From NCBI GenBank assembly GCA_035440445.1, contig DAORMJ010000017.1:6635-70634 (forward strand): DNA of 64,000 nucleotides. The letters run 5' to 3'. The notes under the pieces were generated by a model. The model was given only the letters and a program-made list of their open reading frames with translations. It made no database searches and was not told where the DNA came from. Both the position numbers and the translations under genes were made by a program. Shown here piece after piece: positions 41,939 to 50,360 of the stretch (the first letter of the stretch is position 1; each line of letters starts with the position of its first letter). Origin of the DNA: Xanthobacteraceae bacterium. GTDB taxonomy: Bacteria > Pseudomonadota > Alphaproteobacteria > Rhizobiales > Xanthobacteraceae.

Positions 41939-42553
41939 TTAAGCGTGACCAGCTTCCGACGATAGCTTGGCCGGATCGATCCCGATCTTTCTCATCGCCA
42001 GATCGTATTTCTCTTCGGCCGGCGCGCCGAAAATGAGCGAGGCATCGGCTTCGCAATTGAGCCAGCCGTTGGCCTGGATTTCGCTCTCCAGTTGCCCGGG
42101 CGCCCATCCGGCATAACCAAGCGCAAGCACCGCACTTTGCGGCCCGCTGCCGTTGGCGATCGCCTTCAGAATGTCGAGCGTCGCGGTGAGGCAGATGCCG
42201 CCCTGGATCGGCAGGGTGGAATCTTCGATAAAATAATCGGCGCTGTGCAGGACGAAGCCACGCTGCGTTTCCACCGGGCCGCCCTTCAGCACGCGAACGG
42301 CTTCGCGGTGACCGGGAAGCTCGATCAGCCCCTCGCCGGGAATGACATCGAGTTGCACCAAGAGATCGGAAAAGCGAATGTCGGAGGCGGGCTGGTTGAC
42401 GATGATGCCCATCGCGCCTTCGGAGGAATGCGCGCACAAATAGATCACCGAACGGCTGAAACGCTCGTCCTGCATCGTCGGCATCGCGACGAGCACCTGT
42501 CCGTCGAGATAGCCGTCATTCGGTGTCTTCGAAGATTCGCGGGCAATCTTCAT
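41939..42553 (-). CDS. YqgE/AlgH family protein
   Basis: Start at the internal ATG at 42553. [38 protein letters not shown] is the family signature. Confidence 0.85.
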   Translation of the reverse strand: MKIARESSKTPNDGYLDGQVLVAMPTMQDERFSRSVIYLCAHSSEGAMGIIVNQPASDIRFSDLLVQLDVIPGEGLIELPGHREAVRVLKGGPVETQRGFVLHSADYFIEDSTLPIQGGICLTATLDILKAIANGSGPQSAVLALGYAGWAPGQLESEIQANGWLNCEADASLIFGAPAEEKYDLAMRKIGIDPAKLSSEAGHA

Positions 42554-42686
42554 GGAGTTGAACTTATCCGACCTTCGGCGGGAGTAAAATGCGGCATTGG
42601 GCCGGACATATTCACGCATTCGTGCTTGTGCTCCCTCTTGGGCTCCTGCCGGAATTAGTGTTTACGCTGGGCCTTCTGGTGAAAAA

Positions 42687-43544
42687 ATGCGCCTGCATAA
42701 ATTAAGTTCCTTGCTCCTTTTTTCCGCCCTGTTCGCGGTGAGCGCGGCAGGCAACGGATCGGCCGCCTCCTCCGGCGCGATCAGGGCCGGCGAAGCCAGC
42801 GTGCGCCTGCTCGCCTCTGGCCTGAACGATACAAATTCCGCGCCAGTTTTCCGCGGGGGCGTCGAGATCGTACTCACCCCGGGGTGGAAAACCTATTGGC
42901 GCTATCCGGGCGATGCCGGCATTCCGCCGCGCTTCGACTGGAGCGGCTCCGAAAACGTTGCGAGCGTGGAAGTGTTCTATCCCGCACCGAAACGCATCGT
43001 GGACGGCAGCGGGCAGAGTTCGATCGGCTACGAGGAGCGCGTGATCTTTCCGCTGCGCATTCATCCGAAAGATTCCGCCAAGCCTGTCGTGCTTCATTTG
43101 AAGCTCGACTTCGCGACCTGCGAAAAACTTTGCATCCCCGCCGAAGCCACACTCTCGCTCACCATCAAAGCAGGCGACGGGGACGAGCCGTTACTGGCTA
43201 GTGCCGAACAGCGCGTTCCGGTCCTTCAGGACTCATCAAAGCCGCGTTCGCTCGCGGTCCTTGCGGCGAAGGTCGAGCGCGGCACGGACCCTTCCGGCAA
43301 AGACAGCCGCATCATCGTGAAAGCGCTCGCACGCACGGTGGGCAAGCTCGATCTCTTCGCCGAAGGGCCGGACGAGGAATGGACGTTCGCGTTACCCACC
43401 CTGATCTCCAACGAAGCGGGGCACGTGACGTTTGCGATCCCGCTTGAAGGCGCGCGGCTCGGCAAGGCCGAGGTACCGCCCAAAATCCGGCTGACACTGG
43501 TTGCCGGTGAGGAAGCCATCGAGGCGATATTGCCGCTCCAGTAA
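42687..43544 (+). CDS. DsbD N-terminal-domain-like thiol:disulfide interchange protein (periplasmic)
   Basis: Start at the ATG at 42687 (signal peptide MRLHKLSSLLLFSALFAVSAA). Motifs GWKTYWRYPGDAGIPPRFDW and FATCEKLCIP. Confidence 0.75.
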   Translation: MRLHKLSSLLLFSALFAVSAAGNGSAASSGAIRAGEASVRLLASGLNDTNSAPVFRGGVEIVLTPGWKTYWRYPGDAGIPPRFDWSGSENVASVEVFYPAPKRIVDGSGQSSIGYEERVIFPLRIHPKDSAKPVVLHLKLDFATCEKLCIPAEATLSLTIKAGDGDEPLLASAEQRVPVLQDSSKPRSLAVLAAKVERGTDPSGKDSRIIVKALARTVGKLDLFAEGPDEEWTFALPTLISNEAGHVTFAIPLEGARLGKAEVPPKIRLTLVAGEEAIEAILPLQ

Positions 43545-43655
43545 TCGAGCCGGCCCCTTCATTCCCGAAAACCCATGCGCACTTTCCGTGATGATGCGCT
43601 AGGATGTGGCCTCTTGCCGGATCCCCGGCGAATGTTCACGGAAAGCGACGAGCGA

Positions 43656-44135
43656 ATGATCAAGGTTGGCGACAAACTTCCCGAAGCGACGTTTCAGACC
43701 ATGACCGCGGACGGCATCAAGCCGAAAACTTCCGCGGAGATTTTTGCCGGGAGGAAAGTCGTGCTGTTCGGCGTGCCTGGCGCCTTCACGCCGACCTGCT
43801 CGCGCAATCACCTGCCCGGCTTCATTGCGAACGCCGACCAGTTCTTCGCCAAAGGCGTCGACACCATCGCCGTGACCGGCGTGAACGACGTGCATGTCAT
43901 GGGCGCCTGGGCCAAGGCCAATCCCGGCAAGGTCGAATTTTTGGCCGACGGCAACGGTGACTTCGTGAAGTCGATCGGCCTCGACTTCAACGGCGCCGAA
44001 CGCATGATGGGTCCGGTGCGCTCGCGCCGTTACGCACTCTACGCCGAGGATGGCGTCGTGAAGGTTCTCAATATCGAGGAGGTCGCCTCCAAGGCCGAGG
44101 TTTCGAGCGCCGAGACGCTGCTGAAAGCGATCTGA
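43656..44135 (+). CDS. Prx5-type peroxiredoxin
   Basis: Start at the ATG at 43656 (MIKVGDKLPEATF...). Catalytic motif GVPGAFTPTCS. Confidence 0.9.
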   Translation: MIKVGDKLPEATFQTMTADGIKPKTSAEIFAGRKVVLFGVPGAFTPTCSRNHLPGFIANADQFFAKGVDTIAVTGVNDVHVMGAWAKANPGKVEFLADGNGDFVKSIGLDFNGAERMMGPVRSRRYALYAEDGVVKVLNIEEVASKAEVSSAETLLKAI

Positions 44136-44150
44136 CGCGCCGCGCTCGAT

Positions 44151-44357
44151 TCACGCAATGATGTCGGGAAACAGCTGATCCTCGATCATGCTGATGCGGT
44201 CGCGCATCAGGAGCTTGCGCTTCTTCAACCGCTGCACCTGAATGCGATCGTGCCCCGTGGTCCCGAGCAACGCATCAATGGCGGTGTCGAGATCGCGGTG
44301 TTCCTGCTTCAGGCGTTCGAGTTCGAGGTTCAGCTCGCGTTCTTCTTCCCGCGTCAT
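44151..44357 (-). CDS. DUF465 (YdcH-like) small protein
   Basis: 68 aa. LERLKQEHRDLDTAIDAL...VQRLKKRKLLMRDRISMIE. Confidence 0.8.
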   Translation of the reverse strand: MTREEERELNLELERLKQEHRDLDTAIDALLGTTGHDRIQVQRLKKRKLLMRDRISMIEDQLFPDIIA

Positions 44358-44567
44358 TCCATCGCCGCATTTAGGGACGCGCGCATTGCGCGCCGGTGTT
44401 CGAGTATTGCAACGCGGCGGAACCCTCGCAAGCGCGGCCTAATCCAGCCGTTTTCTATTTTTATACTAAGATGGTGGAAATGCTGCGCCGCTTCCAGAAA
44501 GTTATGATCGACAAGCTCCGGGCGCGGTGGCACCCTTTCCAGATCTCGAACTGCAAACAGGGAGAGT

Positions 44568-44750
44568 ATGCAATCCATGTCGATTCAATCGCATTTGACC
44601 GAACTTGAGCGCAAACATAAGGCTCTGGAGCGGGAGATCGAAGCCGAGCGGATCAGTCCGGGCGGAGACACCCTGCGCATCACGGAATTGAAGCGGCGAA
44701 AACTTTCGCTCAAGGACGAGATCGTCAAATTACGCGAGACGAAACACTGA
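44568..44750 (+). CDS. DUF465 (YdcH-like) small protein
   Basis: 60 aa. HLTELERKHKALEREIEAE...ITELKRRKLSLKDEIVKL. The second ATG at 44577 has better SD spacing (GGGAGAG). Confidence 0.8.
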   Translation: MQSMSIQSHLTELERKHKALEREIEAERISPGGDTLRITELKRRKLSLKDEIVKLRETKH

Positions 44751-44764
44751 CGCGACGACACGCT

Positions 44765-44795
44765 GACTGGCAGGCATGCCGGTCTTTTTTGTTTT
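44765..44795 (+). terminator. Rho-independent terminator after the DUF465 gene
   Basis: GACTGGCA-GGCA-TGCCGGTC (one mismatch) followed by TTTTTTGTTTT. Confidence 0.65.
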
Positions 44796-44851
44796 CTGGA
44801 GCCGCCGGTTTTTTGAGACCGGCGGCTTCGTTATTCTCCGGATCGAGAAAC

Positions 44852-44883
44852 GAAAAACCCGGCGTGAGCGCTCACGCCGGGTT
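44852..44883 (-). terminator. Rho-independent terminator after cspA
   Basis: Palindrome ACCCGGCGTGAGC/GCTCACGCCGGGT. The A-run 44853-44857 gives the U-tail on the minus strand. Confidence 0.75.
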
Positions 44884-44909
44884 CTTTCTTCTTTGGCTCG
44901 GAAGAAGGC

Positions 44910-45113
44910 TTAAGAAGCCTTGAGGTTCGCCGCCGCTGCCTTGCCGCGCTCGGTCGCGATATCGAACGAGACCTTCTGTCCCTCGTTCAAAGTCTGCAAG
45001 CCTGCGCGCTGCACGGCCGAGATGTGCACGAACACATCCTTGCCGCCGTCATCCGGCTGGATGAAACCAAAGCCCTTTTGGGTGTTGAACCACTTCACGG
45101 TACCAGTAGCCAT
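44910..45113 (-). CDS. cspA: cold-shock protein (CspA family)
   Basis: 67 aa. [34 protein letters not shown] carries the RNP1/RNP2 motifs. AAGGAGG SD. Confidence 0.95.
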   Translation of the reverse strand: MATGTVKWFNTQKGFGFIQPDDGGKDVFVHISAVQRAGLQTLNEGQKVSFDIATERGKAAAANLKAS

Positions 45114-45573
45114 TAACGGCCTCCTTGAAACGCACGTCCATCAGTGCGGTCGTCGCCGCCCCCGACCATCGCGGGCGCCGTAACAATCCGAGTTTTGGGA
45201 AGTGTCTTGCAGATAGCCCCAAAACAGGAGCGTCGTATCAAGGCCAGCCAAACCCAGTTGCGAGCCGAGGTGACTCGAAATTTGAGGCAAGGTCAAGGCG
45301 CAGGAAACCCCTAAAGGCACGGCAAGCTTACTCTCTCGGATTTGGTTTAATTCGTTGGAAAAGACTTTCGTTCCCGCGTCCGGATGATTTTTTTCAAGGC
45401 ACTCCGTAGCTATGCGGAAGCAAAAGCCGCTGACATTTCAAGCGCTAATCCGGCTTCCTTTGCGTGCCTTTTCCCCGCTCATGCCGCAGGCATGCGAACG
45501 TTCCTGCGGCCGCCAGCGAGGGGCCACATCGGGTTGCCGACACATTCGCCGCTCGCGAAATGATGCGAGGGCG

Positions 45574-45685
45574 GCGCGGGATGCCGGAGCGCCAATAGCG
45601 TGCCCCCGGCTCCGTGTGCAGAAGGGAGGAAGCACACGGATATTGGCAGTCACCGCGAACACGCCGGCTCCCCGGCATCCCGCGC
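45574..45685. other. 112-nt nested stem-loop element inside the gene-free region
   Basis: Outer stem GCGCGGGATGCCGG (45574-45587) pairs with CCGGCATCCCGCGC (45672-45685). Middle stem GCCAATA (45591-45597) pairs with TATTGGC (45641-45647). Inner stem CCGTGTGC (45612-45619) pairs with GCACACGG (45632-45639). The 12-nt loop is AGAAGGGAGGAA (UUCCUCCCUUCU on the other strand). Confidence 0.6.
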
Positions 45686-46006
45686 GCTTCCGGCTTTCCG
45701 GCTTGCTCCGCACGATCCCCGGTGGACGGACCTCCACCGCTTTGGAGTTCGGCCGCCCCGCCTCGCTTTCGGGCGAGTTCGGCAAGGGCAGCGCCCGGAC
45801 CCCGTGACGCGCGGCCGGCGCGCCAGGACGATGCGGCTTGGGCCGCCGGCTCCACCGCGTCGCGAAACGCGTCAGGAACCGGACCGAAGCCTCCAGCCCG
45901 CATGATGGTTCGCGTGGCCACACGCCCCTCTAGGAGGACTGGAACGGATAGGAATATAGGCCTAGATCGGAAGCATGTCAAGAAGGCTCGCGAGAACCAC
46001 GAAGTG

Positions 46007-46032
46007 GTCATTCCCGCGAAAGCGGGAATCCA
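46007..46032. repeat. REP-like hairpin (ATTCCCGC-GAAA-GCGGGAAT)
   Basis: Perfect 8-bp stem preceded by GTC. It is of the GTCATTCC... class seen elsewhere in the window. Confidence 0.6.
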
Positions 46033-46091
46033 TAATCCCTGTTCTTGCTGTCTGACGCGCGCTCGAAAAATCGCCTGTACCGGGGTTATGG

Positions 46092-46111
46092 GTCCCCGCC
46101 TTCGCGGGGAC
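46092..46111. repeat. REP-like hairpin (GTCCCCGC-CTTC-GCGGGGAC)
   Basis: Perfect 8-bp GC-rich stem, 35 nt downstream of the thioesterase stop. Confidence 0.55.
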
Positions 46112-46145
46112 GACCCAAGCTGGATGGCGAAGCGGGATGGCGAAG

Positions 46146-46565
46146 TTATTCCCCGCTGATCTTCCGCTGCACGCGCTTGTCGAAGCGCTCGACGTTCACG
46201 ACCACGCGCTCATGCGTGCCGCCGCCGATCTCTTCCTTCTCGTCCTCGGCGATCACGTCGAAGAAGATGTTGCGGCCTTCGACCTTCGTGACGGTCGCGG
46301 TCGCCTTGATCTTCATGCCGACCGGCGTGGCGGCGATGTGCTTGACGTTGAGCAACGTGCCGAGGCTTTGATGCCCTGCAGGCAACAGATGCTCGGCGGC
46401 TTTCAGCGCGGCCGCTTCAATCACGTTGATCATCACGGGCGTCGCCAGCACGCGAATCTTGCCGGAGCCGACGCGCGGCGCGGTGTGCTCCTCGCCAACG
46501 ACGAGTTCGGCCGTGCCGGTGGTGCCGGGTTTGATGTTTGCAGTCACGGAAGCGGTGTCGGTCAT
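46146..46565 (-). CDS. hotdog-fold thioesterase family protein
   Basis: 139 aa. The pattern VGEEHTAPRVGSGKIRVLATPVMINVIEAAALKA...HIAATPVGMKIKATATV resembles FlK/YbgC-like small thioesterases. Confidence 0.7.
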   Translation of the reverse strand: MTDTASVTANIKPGTTGTAELVVGEEHTAPRVGSGKIRVLATPVMINVIEAAALKAAEHLLPAGHQSLGTLLNVKHIAATPVGMKIKATATVTKVEGRNIFFDVIAEDEKEEIGGGTHERVVVNVERFDKRVQRKISGE

Positions 46566-46577
46566 TCATGTCTTTCT

Positions 46578-46603
46578 CCTTCTCCCCGTTTACGGGGAGA
46601 AGG
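46578..46603. repeat. hairpin repeat CCTTCTCCCCG-TTTA-CGGGGAGAAGG (copy 1 of 3)
   Basis: Perfect 11-bp stem. It lies between the DUF559 stop and the thioesterase start and overlaps the thioesterase SD. Confidence 0.8.
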
Positions 46604-46638
46604 TGGCGAGCATCATCAGATGCGAGCCGGATGAGGGG

Positions 46639-47022
46639 CTATTCACGAAAAGAATTTGCAATTGAAACTAGCACACCGTCCAGATTCGAAAGCACGTCCG
46701 AATTCCAGAATCGTAGCGTCCGATAGCCGCGTTCGGAGAAGTAAGCGTCACGCCGTGCGTCGGCTTCGCTGTCAGCATGTTGCCCACCATCGACTTCGAC
46801 AATGAGCCGATGCTCCCTGCAAATGAAGTCCACCATATAAGGGCCCATGGAAACCTGCCGCAGAAACTTTTGTCCGTATAAGCGGCGGTCTCGAAGCGAG
46901 AGCCAAAGTTTCATTTCAGCGTCGGTGAAGTTCCGCCGCAGCCGCCGTGATCTCGCGACCTGCTTCGGTTTCGCGCCCCTCACCCGTCTCGCTCCGCTCA
47001 CCACTCTTTTGATGCCGTGCAT
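46639..47022 (-). CDS. DUF559 (Vsr-like endonuclease fold) protein
   Basis: 127 aa. RRLRRNFTDAEMKLWLSLRDRRLYGQKFLRQVSMGPYMVDFICREHRLIVEVDGGQH...LRFWNSDVL is the DUF559 signature. Visibly AT-richer than its neighbours. Confidence 0.85.
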   Translation of the reverse strand: MHGIKRVVSGARRVRGAKPKQVARSRRLRRNFTDAEMKLWLSLRDRRLYGQKFLRQVSMGPYMVDFICREHRLIVEVDGGQHADSEADARRDAYFSERGYRTLRFWNSDVLSNLDGVLVSIANSFRE

Positions 47023-47029
47023 CTTAAGC

Positions 47030-47055
47030 CTTCTCCCCGCTTACGGGGATAAGGT
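47030..47055. repeat. hairpin repeat CCTTCTCCCCG-CTTA-CGGGGATAAGG (copy 2 of 3)
   Basis: Same family as 46578-46603 with one stem mismatch. It lies immediately upstream of the DUF559 start. Confidence 0.75.
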
Positions 47056-47134
47056 GCCGAACGCCACCAGGCGTGACGCGGATCACGGGCATTGCACCGC
47101 CCCTCGCCCGATTGCTCGCTATCGCTCGCAATCA

Positions 47135-47160
47135 CCCTCTCCCCGTAAACGGGGAGAGGG
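47135..47160. repeat. hairpin repeat CCCTCTCCCCG-TAAA-CGGGGAGAGGG (copy 3 of 3, inverted)
   Basis: Same family in the opposite orientation (loop TAAA). It lies 12 nt from the FAD-dehydrogenase stop. Confidence 0.75.
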
Positions 47161-47171
47161 AGAACGCATTG

Positions 47172-48818
47172 TTACCGCACCAGCTTCGCGGCTTCCCGGC
47201 CCGCGATACGCCCGGAAAAGATGCAGCCGCCGAGGAACGTGCCTTCCAGCGCCCGATAGCCGTGCACGCCGCCGCCGCCGAAGCCCGCGACCTCGCCCGC
47301 CGCGAACACGTTGCCGAGCGGGTTCGAGCCATCCTTCAGCACGCGGGAAGTCAAATCGGTCTCGAGACCGCCGAGGGTCTTCCTCGTCAGCACCCAGAGC
47401 CGCACGGCGATCAGGGGACCCGCTGCCGGGTCCATGAGCTTGTGCGGCTTCGCCGTGCGGATGAGCTTGTCGCCGATATAGACGCGCGCGGCGCGGATCG
47501 CGGCAATCTGCAGGTCCTTGCCGAATTTGTTGTCGAGGTCGCGGTCGCGCGAAACCACTTCGCGCGTCACCGTGTCGAGATCGACGAGGTTCTTCTGCGT
47601 CAGCGCATTCATCTTCGCGACAAGTTCGGGAAGATTGTTCGCGGTCACGAAATCCTTTCCGGCATTCACGAATTTCTGCACCGGGGTCAGCGTACCGCGG
47701 CCGCGCTTCAACACGCCCTTGATGCTTTTGCCGGTAAGATCCGGGTTCTGCTCCTGACCGGAAAGCGCGAACTCCTTGCCGATGATGCGCTGGTTCAACA
47801 AGAACCACGAATGATCGTCGCCATGTTTGGTGATGTGTTCGAGCGCACCTAAACCGTCATAGCCCGGAAACAGCGGCACCGGAAAACGCTTGCCCCGCGC
47901 GTCTAACCAGAGCGGCGTCGGCCCGGAGAGAATGCGGATGCCATGGCGCGACCAGATCGGCGCGTAATTGTCGATGCCTTCGGGGTAATGCCACATACGG
48001 TCGGCATTGATGAGCCGCCCGCCGGCCGCCTCGACCACGCCCTGCATCAGGCCATCGACATGGTCCGGCACGCCGGACAGCATCTGCGCGGGCGCGCGGC
48101 CCATGCTCGGCGGCCAGTTCTTGCGGACGAGATCGTGATTGCCGCCGATGCCGCCGCTGGTCACGATGATCGCCTGCGCTTTCAATTTGAAATCGCCGAC
48201 CACGACGCGCGAGGATTTCGCCGCGCGCTCGACGTTCGACGGCTCCAGCACCTCGCCTTCGACGCCGTCTTCCGCGCCGCCGGTCGCGGTCAGTTTCGTC
48301 ACGCGATGGCGGAAACAGAAACGCACGAGCCCTTTCTTCTCGGCCTCGCGCAACCGCCGCACGAAGGGCTCGACCAGCGCGGGGCCGGTACCCCAGGTGA
48401 TGTGAAAGCGCGGCACCGAATTGCCGTGGCCGGTCGCGGTATAGCCGCCGCGCTCCGCCCAGCCCGGCACCGGAAACCAGCGCACGCCTTGGGCATGCAG
48501 CCATGCGCGCTTCTCGCCGGAGGCGAAATCCACATAAGCCTCGGCCCATTTTCGCGGCCACAGATCTTCCTCGCGGTCGAAGGCGGCGGAGCCCTGCCAG
48601 TCCTGCCAGGCGAGGTCGCGGGAATCCTTGATGCCGAGGCGGCGCTGCTCGGGCGAGTTCACGAGCATCAACCCGCCGAACGACCAGAACGCCTGGCCGC
48701 CGAGCGACTGCTCGGGCTCCTGATCGAGGATGATGACGGATCGGCCGGCGTCGGCGACTTCCGCGGCCGCGACCAGACCCGCCAGCCCCGCGCCGACGAC
48801 GATGACGTCTGCATCCAT
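47172..48818 (-). CDS. FAD-binding dehydrogenase (fumarate reductase/KsdD-like flavoprotein family)
   Basis: 548 aa. Dinucleotide-binding N-terminus DVIVVGAGLAGLVAAAEVADAGRSVIILDQE. C-terminal GLETD...AAGEVAGFGGGGVHGY. Confidence 0.8.
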   Translation of the reverse strand: MDADVIVVGAGLAGLVAAAEVADAGRSVIILDQEPEQSLGGQAFWSFGGLMLVNSPEQRRLGIKDSRDLAWQDWQGSAAFDREEDLWPRKWAEAYVDFASGEKRAWLHAQGVRWFPVPGWAERGGYTATGHGNSVPRFHITWGTGPALVEPFVRRLREAEKKGLVRFCFRHRVTKLTATGGAEDGVEGEVLEPSNVERAAKSSRVVVGDFKLKAQAIIVTSGGIGGNHDLVRKNWPPSMGRAPAQMLSGVPDHVDGLMQGVVEAAGGRLINADRMWHYPEGIDNYAPIWSRHGIRILSGPTPLWLDARGKRFPVPLFPGYDGLGALEHITKHGDDHSWFLLNQRIIGKEFALSGQEQNPDLTGKSIKGVLKRGRGTLTPVQKFVNAGKDFVTANNLPELVAKMNALTQKNLVDLDTVTREVVSRDRDLDNKFGKDLQIAAIRAARVYIGDKLIRTAKPHKLMDPAAGPLIAVRLWVLTRKTLGGLETDLTSRVLKDGSNPLGNVFAAGEVAGFGGGGVHGYRALEGTFLGGCIFSGRIAGREAAKLVR

Positions 48819-48906
48819 GACGCTCTCCCGTTACGTTCTTTGTTACGGAAAAACTATCATGCCCTGACCTTACTTGTCGCGGGCATGACGTAGCGGAAGC
48901 GGCGGG

Positions 48907-49662
48907 TCAGCTCTTGCCGAACGTCCGCGCGACATAAGCGCGGATGTTGTCGGCGGTTTCCTTTGCTTCCCAGACTTTCATGATCTGTTTCGCAAGCCGC
49001 CCGCGATCCTTGGCGAGAATCTGCTTCGCCGTTGCCCGTGTATGCAGCTTGTTCACGCGGAAGGCGACCGCGCGAATGGCCGCGAGTTCGCGCGCCTTTT
49101 CGATGGCGCGTGGCAGCAGACGATCGGCGCTTACGGCTTCGTCGGCAAAGCCGTTCGCAAGCGCGCCTTGCGTGTCGAAGGTCTCGCCGCTCGCGGTGAA
49201 TTTCGGGAAATGCATGGGCGATGTGGTGGCGCGCAGCACCTCGAAGGCGAACGGCGGAAACGGCACGCCGACCTGCAACTCGGTGACGCCCATGCGGCCC
49301 GCGTCCGCCGCGAGTACGCGGTAATCGGCGCAACACGCGAGGACGCAGCCGCCGGCAATCGCGTGGCCGTTGATCGCGGCGACCAGCGGCTTGGGAAAGA
49401 GAAAAATCTCTTCGTACATGTCGTCCAGTGCGACGACGAGCGCATGCAGATATTTCTGCCCGCCTGCGGCCGCGCGCGGGAGATCGACACCGGCCGAGAA
49501 AATCTTGCCTTCGCTGGTCAGGACCACGGCTTTCGCATCCGACTTCGCGAGCCGCCTGAACTCTTTCTTCAGCGCCTTGCAGAAATCGACGTCCAGCGCA
49601 TTCGCCTTGCCGCGGCGAAGCGTGACGATCGCGATCCCGCCGTCATGCGCGACCTCGAACAC
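48907..49662 (-). CDS. enoyl-CoA hydratase/isomerase (crotonase) family protein
   Basis: 251 aa. KANALD...VVLTSEGKIFSAGVDL...AAINGHAIAGGCVLA. Confidence 0.85.
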   Translation of the reverse strand: MFEVAHDGGIAIVTLRRGKANALDVDFCKALKKEFRRLAKSDAKAVVLTSEGKIFSAGVDLPRAAAGGQKYLHALVVALDDMYEEIFLFPKPLVAAINGHAIAGGCVLACCADYRVLAADAGRMGVTELQVGVPFPPFAFEVLRATTSPMHFPKFTASGETFDTQGALANGFADEAVSADRLLPRAIEKARELAAIRAVAFRVNKLHTRATAKQILAKDRGRLAKQIMKVWEAKETADNIRAYVARTFGKS

Positions 49663-49663
49663 C

Positions 49664-50218
49664 TTATTCTTTCTCGCTCTGCTTCTTGTGGTGCTGCATG
49701 TACATGAAGGCGCTGAGGGCCGCGATCACGGCAGCGATTCCGCCGCCCATCAACAAAAGGTTCTGCGAGGCGTCACCCACCAGCGTGCGGCCGAGGAAGA
49801 ACACGCCGAGCGCCAGCACCACGACGCCGGAAAGCGTCACTTTCAGGTCGTCGATGCTTTCGACCTTGAGCCAGGCCGGCACCGGAATCTGGTCCTGGAT
49901 ATAGAGCTGATAGAGCCCGATCGCGACGACGTGCAAAACGGTCACGAGCAGGAAGGCGTCCACTGCCTCGATGGCCGACAGCATCAGCTGCTTGGTGTCG
50001 GTCTCCCAGCGAACGAGCGCGATGACGGCATCCACGATTTCCCACAAGGAATGCGCGAGGAGCGCAGTCGCGATCAGGAAGGTGCCGACGATCGCAAGCA
50101 GCATGGATCCGCGCGCGATCAGCACGAAGAAGCCGAGAAACGGCCGCTCCTTCATGGCTAAGCGCCAATCGACGTCCTCTTGCAGCGGCAGTTTTTGTTT
50201 GCGGGGTGTGGTGGGCAT
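49664..50218 (-). CDS. YqhA (UPF0114)-like membrane protein
   Basis: 184 aa, about 4 TM. The patterns LSAIEAVDAFLLVTVLHVVAIGLYQLYI and WLKVESIDDLKVTLSGVVVL parallel E. coli YqhA as I remember it. Confidence 0.5.
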   Translation of the reverse strand: MPTTPRKQKLPLQEDVDWRLAMKERPFLGFFVLIARGSMLLAIVGTFLIATALLAHSLWEIVDAVIALVRWETDTKQLMLSAIEAVDAFLLVTVLHVVAIGLYQLYIQDQIPVPAWLKVESIDDLKVTLSGVVVLALGVFFLGRTLVGDASQNLLLMGGGIAAVIAALSAFMYMQHHKKQSEKE

Positions 50219-50232
50219 TTAATTTTCCTTGC

Positions 50233-50277
50233 CCTCATCCTTCGAGACGGCGGCTTCGCCGCCTCCTCAGGATGAGG
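50233..50277. repeat. REP-like palindrome (CCTCATCC...GGATGAGG)
   Basis: cctcatccttcgagacggcggcttcgccgcctcctcaggatgagg is an imperfect long palindrome with a GGCGG/CCGCC core. Confidence 0.7.
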
Positions 50278-50294
50278 AAGTAAGTTAAGCATGC

Positions 50295-50339
50295 CTCATG
50301 GTGAGGAGCGAAGCGCAGCTTCGCGTCTCGAACCATGAG
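50295..50339. repeat. REP-like palindrome (CTCATGGT...ACCATGAG)
   Basis: ctcatggtgaggagcgaagcgcagcttcgcgtctcgaaccatgag. Second unit of a tandem REP pair between the acyl-CoA synthetase and the yqhA-like gene. Confidence 0.7.
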
Positions 50340-50360
50340 TCTGGCAATCAAACTTCCCAG

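Noticed and set aside
45600-45670. Possible cobalamin riboswitch core (AGAAGGGAGGAAGCACACGG...)
   Set aside because: The resemblance to the GGGAA...GGTG...B12-box pattern is only superficial. I found no GCCACTG-type B12 box, no correctly spaced GGTG, and no downstream B12-related gene.
45114-46145. RNase P RNA, tmRNA or SRP RNA hidden in the large gap
   Set aside because: On neither strand did I find the universal RNase P motif GAGGAAAGTCCGG, an alphaproteobacterial tmRNA tag frame (GCC AAC GAC AAC...), or the SRP GGAAGCAGCC-type domain IV motif. GTCAGGAACCGGACCGAAGCC is only loosely SRP-like.
45412-46159. Four mutually overlapping ORFs (131-188 aa) in the cspA-thioesterase gap
   Set aside because: They are Arg/Pro/Gly/Ala-rich with no SD, no domain signature and mixed third-position GC, and they overlap each other on both strands. 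I treat the region as non-coding (see finding) rather than calling hypothetical proteins. A decayed gene cannot be excluded without a frameshift-tolerant search.
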